From contig DAOTTI010000022.1 in NCBI GenBank assembly GCA_034437795.1, positions 366 through 64,365 of the forward strand: 64,000 nucleotides of DNA. Reading direction: 5' to 3'. Made by a program: the position numbers and the translations under genes. Positions 58,416-64,000 of this stretch are shown here, one piece after another; within the stretch, counting starts at the first letter, position 1; every line of letters starts with the position of its first letter. A model generated the notes under the pieces. It had not been told where the DNA came from and did not search any database. It was given only the letters and a program-made list of their open reading frames with translations. The DNA comes from Chloroflexota bacterium (GTDB taxonomy: Bacteria; Chloroflexota; UBA11872; UBA12225).

Positions 58416-58653
58416 CGGGGCTTGCCATCCAGGGCAGGATACCCGGTCAGGGCCCCGCGGCGCGCCTCCGCGCCTCAGGAGCGAGCTGCTGCCAGCGGCC
58501 GTCACCCCGCTGGTCAGCGGCCTGCCCCCGTGCCGGAGGGTTGAGCTGATCCGCGCCCAGCGGGAGCGGCTGGAGTAACGGCCTACCTCCACGCCGGGGG
58601 CCGAGCAACGTGGCCGGCAGTCGTGCGTTCAGACTCCGGAACACCTTGGGGAG

Positions 58654-60282
58654 ATGATGAGTACCGCCAGCCACGGGGCGTCGTGCGCCGCGGCGCTCCC
58701 GCTGCCAGCTTCCGCCGGCCTGAGCGCGCGCGCCGGCCCGCACGGGCATAGCCTCAGCGCGGCGCCGCCGGCGCGTCCCGCAACGGGTCTGGACACGGCG
58801 GCCGGCGCGGCGGTCGACGAACTGGAGAGGCTGTGGGGCGCCGTCCTGGCCGAGGCGCGCCGGGATCCGAGCGTCTCGCCCGCCAGCTTCTCGACGTGGC
58901 TGCAGGGCACGCGCCTGCTGGCCATCACCGATGGGGTGTGCATCGTTGGCGTGCCGCACGCCTTCGCCCAGATGCGGCTGGAGCGGAGCCTTCGCCCCGC
59001 CATTGAGGGCGCTCTGCGGCGCTGTACGGGGCAGGCGCCGGTCGCCGTCCGCTTCGTGGTGGCGCGGACCGGCGGCGGGCCCGGCGCGTCCCTGTTCCGG
59101 CGTGCAGGGCGCCGAGCCGCGCCGCTCACACGGGACGAGGCAGAGGCACCGCCGGACCATGCGCCGGAGCCAGCATTGGAGCCGCGCTACACCTTTGACC
59201 GGCTGGTGACCGGCCCCAGCAACCAACTAGCTGTGGCCGCGGCGCGGGCGGTGGCGGCGCAGCCCGGCTTCGCCTACAACCCGCTCGTCATCTGCGGGGC
59301 GTCGGGGCTGGGCAAGACGCACCTGCTCCACGCCATCGGGCACGAGGCGCGGCGCCGCCGCCCAGAGGCGCGCATCGTCCTGGCTACGGGGGCGCGGTTT
59401 GGAGAGGAGCTGGCGGCGCACCTGCGGGCGGGGACGTTGGGGGCCTTTCGCGCCCGCTACTACTCGGCGGACGTGCTCCTGCTGGACGACCTGCAGTCGC
59501 TGCCGGCCGTGCCGCCGGGCGCTGCCGAGGCCGCGCCACCGGTGCGTGAGGCCGACGCGCAGCGCGAGCTGGTGCAGCTGGTGGCGGCGCTTTGCCAGGC
59601 GGGGCGGCAGGTGGTGGTGACGGCCAATCGGCCACCGGCCGCGCTGGCCACGCTCAGCGCGGCGTTGCGCGCGCGGCTGCAGCTAGGCCTGGTGACGGAG
59701 CTGACCGAGCCGGGGGGCGACGAGCGCCTGGCCATCCTGCGCCGCTGGGCGGCGGACCTGACGCCGCCTCCGCCCCTGCCGGTGCTGGAACTGATCGCGC
59801 AGCGGGTGCGGGGCAACGTGCCGGCGGTGCTGGGCGCATTGCAGCGGGTGCTAGCGGCAGCGGCGCTGGCGCGACTACCCCTGACGCCGGAGCACGCCGC
59901 AGCGGCCCTGGCGCCGGTGCTGGGGCGCGCGTCGATGCGCCGCCCGCGCGTCAGTCCGGAGCAGGTGCTGGCGGCGGTCTCGCGATACTACGGGATCGGG
60001 GTGGAGGTGCTGCGCAGCCGGCGCCGCCATCGGGCCACGGTGGAGGCGCGGCAGGTGGCCATGTACCTGCTGCGAGAGGAGACGAACGTCAGCCTGAGCG
60101 AGGCCGGCGGCTATCTGGGCGGGCGCGACCACAGTACCGTGCTGCACGGCTACGCGCGGATCGCCGCCCGGCTCCAGCAGGACGCGCGTCTGCGGGAAGA
60201 GCTTGAGCAGCTGCGGCGGGGGCTGCGGGGAGACGGGGAGTGGGCTGCCGGCGGCGAATGGTCTGCGGCGGCCGCACACTAG
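58654..60282 (+). CDS. dnaA: Chromosomal replication initiator protein DnaA
   Basis: Domain I is LWGAVLAEARRD...FSTWL. Walker A GASGLGKTHLLHAIG, Walker B LLLDDLQ. Domain IV has VEARQVAMYLLRE and GGRDHSTVLHG. Confidence 0.92.
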   Translation: MMSTASHGASCAAALPLPASAGLSARAGPHGHSLSAAPPARPATGLDTAAGAAVDELERLWGAVLAEARRDPSVSPASFSTWLQGTRLLAITDGVCIVGVPHAFAQMRLERSLRPAIEGALRRCTGQAPVAVRFVVARTGGGPGASLFRRAGRRAAPLTRDEAEAPPDHAPEPALEPRYTFDRLVTGPSNQLAVAAARAVAAQPGFAYNPLVICGASGLGKTHLLHAIGHEARRRRPEARIVLATGARFGEELAAHLRAGTLGAFRARYYSADVLLLDDLQSLPAVPPGAAEAAPPVREADAQRELVQLVAALCQAGRQVVVTANRPPAALATLSAALRARLQLGLVTELTEPGGDERLAILRRWAADLTPPPPLPVLELIAQRVRGNVPAVLGALQRVLAAAALARLPLTPEHAAAALAPVLGRASMRRPRVSPEQVLAAVSRYYGIGVEVLRSRRRHRATVEARQVAMYLLREETNVSLSEAGGYLGGRDHSTVLHGYARIAARLQQDARLREELEQLRRGLRGDGEWAAGGEWSAAAAH

Positions 60283-60486
60283 ACTCATGGTAAGGGTAGG
60301 GCCGCCCGCTGGTTTCAGGTGGGCCCCATGCAACGGGTGGTCACCACCCAGTCACGACTCAGGCGTCAGGCAACTCGGAGAAAAGGGTAGGATCAGGTGA
60401 GCACTATCGAGCGCGAAGTGGCGAGCCCGGCCGAGCAGGCGGGCAGGGCCTCGGCGGCCAGATCAGGCGAAAGGATAGGCAGCGCC

Positions 60487-61656
60487 ATGCGGATCAACTG
60501 CGCACAGGATCATTTGAGCCGCGGCCTGGCGATCGTCAGCCGGGCGGTGGGCGGCCGCACCACCCTGCCCGTGCTGAACAACGTGCTGCTGGCGAGCGAC
60601 GGCGAGCGGCTAAAGCTCTCAGCCACCAATCTGGAGATCGGCATCACCACCTGGGTGGCCGCGCGGGTCGAGGGCGAAGGCCAGATCACCGTCCCTGCCC
60701 GCCTGCTGACCGACTTCGTCAACTCGCTGCCGGCGGGCCAGCCGGTGGCGCTGGAGTCCAACAGCCGCAGCTACAGCCTGCACCTGGAGTGCGCGCGCTA
60801 TCGCGCCAACATCAAGGGGATCGATCCCGAGGAGTTCCCGCCCATCCCGTCGGCCGACGACCGACCGGCGATCAAGCTGCGCGCCGGTCTGCTCAAGGAG
60901 ATCATCACCCAGGTGGCGTTCAGCGCGGCGCGGGACGAGTCGCGCCCCGTGCTGACGGGGGTGAACCTGCGGGTGGAAGACGCCAAGCTGACGCTCTCCG
61001 CGGCGGACGGCTTCCGCCTCTCCAGGCGGGAGGCAGAGCTGGAGACCAGCCTCCCCGAGAGGCTGGACATCATCATTCCGGCGCGCTCGCTGCAGGAGCT
61101 GGCGCGCCTGCTGGGAGATGGCGACGACGAGGTGGAGCTGTCGGTCACCCCGAGCCGCTCCCAGGTGCTGTTCCGCGTGCGCTCGGAGCAGGGCGACGTG
61201 AACCTGGTCAGCCGTCTGCTGGAAGGCCAGTTCCCCGACCTGGAGCGGGTGATCCCGAAGTCGTGGACGACGAAGGTGACCGCCAAGCGCAGTGAGTTTG
61301 TGCAGGCCACGCGGATCGCTGCCCTCTTTGCCCGCGACGCCGCCAACGTCGTCCGCCTGGAGATCACGCCCGGGGCCGAGGGCGGGCTGGCGCCCGGCAA
61401 GGTGGCCATCTCCGCGGCGGCCGCGGAGGTCGGCGACAACCGCGGGGAGCTGGACGCGGCGGTGGAGGGCGACGAGACCTACATCTCCTTCAGCTCCGAG
61501 TTCCTCTCGGACGTGCTGGGCGTCCTCTCCACCGATGAGATCGTGCTCGAGATCACGGGGCCGCTCTCGCCGGCCATCGTGCGGGGCCTGGGTCTGGCGG
61601 AGTACACGCACGTGATCATGCCGATGCACACCGTCCGCGAACCAGGCGAAAGGTGA
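60487..61656 (+). CDS. dnaN: DNA polymerase III beta sliding clamp
   Basis: MRINCAQDHLSRGLAIVSRAV...LPVLNNVLL...LKLSATNLEIGI. ATG 60487 sits behind AAAGGA; the track start 60397 adds 30 non-conserved residues. Confidence 0.92.
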   Translation: MRINCAQDHLSRGLAIVSRAVGGRTTLPVLNNVLLASDGERLKLSATNLEIGITTWVAARVEGEGQITVPARLLTDFVNSLPAGQPVALESNSRSYSLHLECARYRANIKGIDPEEFPPIPSADDRPAIKLRAGLLKEIITQVAFSAARDESRPVLTGVNLRVEDAKLTLSAADGFRLSRREAELETSLPERLDIIIPARSLQELARLLGDGDDEVELSVTPSRSQVLFRVRSEQGDVNLVSRLLEGQFPDLERVIPKSWTTKVTAKRSEFVQATRIAALFARDAANVVRLEITPGAEGGLAPGKVAISAAAAEVGDNRGELDAAVEGDETYISFSSEFLSDVLGVLSTDEIVLEITGPLSPAIVRGLGLAEYTHVIMPMHTVREPGER

Positions 61657-61673
61657 AGTTCAAGGTTCAAAGT

Positions 61674-61754
61674 GGGAAGGGGGAGGAGGAAGGGAGTGAG
61701 GTTTGGGGAGGCGGGTGAGGGCGGGGAAGAGGGAGCAGTGGGGAACCAAAGGGG
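61674..61754 (+). other. Polypurine, G-run-rich tract (about ten runs of G3-G5) just downstream of dnaN
   Basis: GGGAAGGGGGAGGAGGAAGGGAGTGAGGTTTGGGGAGGCGGGTGAGGGCGGGGAAGAGGGAGCAGTGGGGAACCAAAGGGG, read directly. Very few C on the + strand. Confidence 0.7.
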
Positions 61755-61831
61755 TGGTGACGCCGTGCCGGCGACGCGGCGCGGGCAAAGGGAACGAAAG
61801 CGAATAGCAACGGGGGACGAGAGGAGCGACG

Positions 61832-62947
61832 GTGAAGATCAGTGGCGTGACCGTCTACCACCTGCCGGGCGCCCGCTATCCGTGGGTGTTCCTGCGCATC
61901 GAGACCGATACGGGCCTGTACGGGATCGGGCAGGTCTCTAGCGGGCCGAACAGCGCGGCGGTGGCGGCCGCCGCCAGCCGGCTGGGGCCGCTCCTGATTG
62001 GCGAGGACCCCAGCCGGATCGAGTACCTGTGGTTCAAGCTCTACGCCAGCTTCAACTCGCTCGGCTCGCTGGGCTTCGTGTCGGCCCTGATCAGCGGAGT
62101 GGACATCGCCTTGTGGGACCTGCGGGGCAAGGCTCTGGGGCTGCCGATCTACGAGCTGCTGGGCGGGCGGTTTCGGGACCGGCTACTCCTGTACAGCAAC
62201 GGCTGGTTCAGCGGGTGCCGCACTCCCGAGGACTTCGGTCGGGCGGCAAAGCGAACGGTGGACGAAGGGCACACGGCCCTGAAGCTGGACCCGTTCCGAC
62301 ACAACCGCGAGCAGTTTCGCAAGTGGGGGGCCGGCTATGATCCGGCCGATGAGTTGGAGGCGGCGCAGATTGTGGAGGCCATCCGTGACAGCGTTGGCCC
62401 CGGCGTGGAGATCCTGATCGACGCGCATGGGCGCTGGGACGTGCCGACGGCCGTCCGGCTGGCCAACCGCCTGGCACCGTACCGGATCGGCTGGTTCGAG
62501 GAGCCGGTGCCGCCGGAAAACTGGGACGCGCTCAAGCAGTTCCGCCAGCGCGCGCCGGTCCCGGTGTGCGTGGGAGAACGCCTCTACACCCGCTGGCAGT
62601 TTCGACCGGTGCTGGAGCAGCAGCTAGCGGAGTACATCATGCCGGACGTGATCCGCACCGGCGGGATCAGTGAGCTGCGGAAGATTGCGGCCATGGCGGA
62701 GGCCTTCTTTGTGCCGGTGAGCCCCCATGACGCTACGGGGCCGATCACGCTGATCGCCGGCGCCCAGACGATGCTGGCCACGCCCAACTTCTACCGGCTA
62801 GAGATCGCCTACTCCGAACTGGCGCTCTACAACCGCGCCATGACCCCGCCCTTTGATGTGCGCGGCGGATACTTCTACGTCTCCGACCGGCCGGGCCTGG
62901 GGCACGATCTCAGCGAGGAATACCGCCAGCAGGCGATCCCCGACTGA
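61832..62947 (+). CDS. Enolase-superfamily enzyme (mandelate racemase/muconate lactonizing family), second copy in the window
   Basis: MKISGVTVYHL...VFLRIETDTGLYGIGQ and VDIALWDLRGKALGLPIYELLGG. GTG start behind GAGGAG. Confidence 0.85.
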   Translation: MKISGVTVYHLPGARYPWVFLRIETDTGLYGIGQVSSGPNSAAVAAAASRLGPLLIGEDPSRIEYLWFKLYASFNSLGSLGFVSALISGVDIALWDLRGKALGLPIYELLGGRFRDRLLLYSNGWFSGCRTPEDFGRAAKRTVDEGHTALKLDPFRHNREQFRKWGAGYDPADELEAAQIVEAIRDSVGPGVEILIDAHGRWDVPTAVRLANRLAPYRIGWFEEPVPPENWDALKQFRQRAPVPVCVGERLYTRWQFRPVLEQQLAEYIMPDVIRTGGISELRKIAAMAEAFFVPVSPHDATGPITLIAGAQTMLATPNFYRLEIAYSELALYNRAMTPPFDVRGGYFYVSDRPGLGHDLSEEYRQQAIPD

Positions 62948-62949
62948 AC

Positions 62950-63648
62950 GGCTGTCGGCCCTGGGCTGGAAGAGATGCCAGTTGGTGATCTGGAACCTGC
63001 CCTGCTGCAACCGCTCGAGCAGGCCGGGTAGGACGAGATCAAAGTGCTGGTAGTAGCTCGCGGGAAGCCACGGCGGCAGCACCTGAAGCCGCTCGCGGAT
63101 GGTCAGGTTGGGGCGCACGAGCAGCACGGCGTCCGAGAAGGGGCGGTCCTGAGGATTGGCCAGCTTGTTAGCACCTGGCAGGTGATGACCATGCCCATAA
63201 CCACCGTCTTGCCGCTGCGGGTGGCCATCTTGCAGGCGAAGCGCGTCAGGCCGCCGTCTTTCGGTGCCTCGATCCCCTGCTTCTCGGCCAGGGAGGCATC
63301 CACCAGCCAGACCAGCGTCTCGGCCGCATCCCGCTGGCAGAAGAAGCGCCTGCGGTCGCGCTCCGGGTCGCTTCAGTGATGGAGCAGTTGGCGGGTGATG
63401 GGCGTGACGCCACGATAGCCCTTCTCGCGCCACGCCCTGACCCGCTGGCGGATGGCGTTGACCGTCTCAAGGGGGACGAACTCCTCCTCAGACATGGAGA
63501 CCTGCGGACCCCTGGTGCGAGGCCGGAGGTAGTAGCCGGCCGGGCGGCGGCCTTCCGCTACCGCGGGCTGGCACTCCCGGTACTCCCAGTGACAGCTCGG
63601 CTCGTCAAAGGGGCCGTTCAGAATGGGGTTATCGACAGCGAGCGACAT
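62950..63648 (-). pseudogene. Decayed, 3'-truncated type III restriction Res-like (DEAD/DEAH helicase) gene
   Basis: The N-terminus MSLAVDNPILNGPFDEPSCHWEY...VNAIRQRVRAWREKGYRGVTPITRQLLHH ends at an in-frame TGA (63373-63375). The same frame continues ...FFCQRDAAETLVWL...FACKMATRSGKTVVMGMVI. A 1-nt frameshift lies at ~63169-63170, followed by NKLANPQDRPFSDAVLLVRPNLTIRERL...FQITNWHLF. The homology stops at the stop codon of the 61832 gene. Confidence 0.75.
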
Positions 63649-63659
63649 GGCTATGACCT

Positions 63660-64000
63660 TCAGGATGCGCGACCTGGTGGGCGTCCCTGCTTGAGGTACG
63701 CCTCTAGCCGTTCCAGGACCGCTTCGCAGACCCGCTTGGCCTCCTCGACGGCTTGGCTAGCCATCACCCGATCAGCGACCTGCCCCGGATAGCGGAATTC
63801 GACACCAAACGGGGTGAGCATCGCCGCCGACAACAGATCGCTCTGGAGGGAAGGATCAGCTTGCGAGCACAGGTCGAGCAGCCTTCGAATGTCGTGGGTC
63901 TTCGGAAATGGGATCTGGTTGCGTACCAGGAAGGCCTTGAGGAACTTCTCAGCGGCCTGTTGGGCGTGAAATGCAGCCGTGAAGTAGTCTGTCAGATCGA
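63660..64000 (-). CDS. HEPN domain protein, C-terminal part (5' end beyond the right edge)
   Basis: Own minus-strand translation gives DLTDYFTAAFHAQQAAEKFLKAFLVRNQIPFPKTHDIRRLLDLC...FGVEFRYPG...EEAKRVCEAVLERLEAYLKQGRPPGRAS*. The AEKxLKAxL...THDIxxL pattern is typical of HEPN (PF05168-like). Confidence 0.7.
   Translation of the reverse strand, partial: DLTDYFTAAFHAQQAAEKFLKAFLVRNQIPFPKTHDIRRLLDLCSQADPSLQSDLLSAAMLTPFGVEFRYPGQVADRVMASQAVEEAKRVCEAVLERLEAYLKQGRPPGRAS

Noticed and set aside
63373-63375. In-frame TGA in the Res-like gene as programmed recoding (Sec or Trp).
   Set aside because: The same gene also has a frameshift, a mutated motif I and a 3' truncation. Other genes in the window use TGA as an ordinary stop (e.g. 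MCP, cheA). Pseudogenisation is the simpler reading.

Overview
Very GC-rich bacterial chromosomal segment. The gene content, GGAGG-type ribosome-binding sites and dispersed 'GEGxGEG'-type hairpin repeats suggest a Chloroflexota/Thermomicrobia-like genome, but that taxonomic guess is inference only. I can support about 53 protein-coding genes, one tRNA-Arg(ACG) with a clean intrinsic terminator, one decayed restriction-helicase pseudogene, and many intergenic repeats. The window is mostly housekeeping. It carries nadE, clpS, gpmI, ndh, an MMPL transporter, galE, a rhomboid protease, ddl, rsgA, cysK, argC, ugd, fpg and the dnaA-dnaN pair at 58.6-61.7 kb. It also carries two enolase-superfamily genes and several nucleotide-sugar genes. 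Two coherent multi-gene modules stand out. (1) A 7-gene acyl-CoA block (19.8-27.5 kb) has a split B12 mutase whose substrate-specifying residues look like isobutyryl-CoA mutase rather than methylmalonyl-CoA mutase. (2) A Pil-Chp/Tax-type chemosensory operon (34.9-43.7 kb) runs RR-RR-CheW-MCP-hybrid CheA-double CheW. It has no CheR/CheB and is preceded by a translationally adjacent unknown acidic protein. Accessory-looking spots are: a small ORF plus a coiled-coil tandem-repeat protein with a possible nuclease-like C-terminus (17.8-19.4 kb); a metallophosphoesterase plus a USP-ParB/Srx-fold fusion (46.9-48.8 kb); and a HEPN gene plus a multiply-inactivated, truncated type III-like Res helicase at the right edge. 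I found no CRISPR array, transposase, integrase or rRNA, and no clearly complete novel multi-gene system. The most unexplained signals are non-coding. They are a ~50-bp hairpin repeat family in nearly every long convergent gap, a composite repeat block next to the tRNA, duplicated translation-initiation regions that create short upstream ORFs, and short perfect tandem duplications at gene junctions. Most long ORFs in the six-frame track are antisense or off-frame shadows typical of high-GC DNA.
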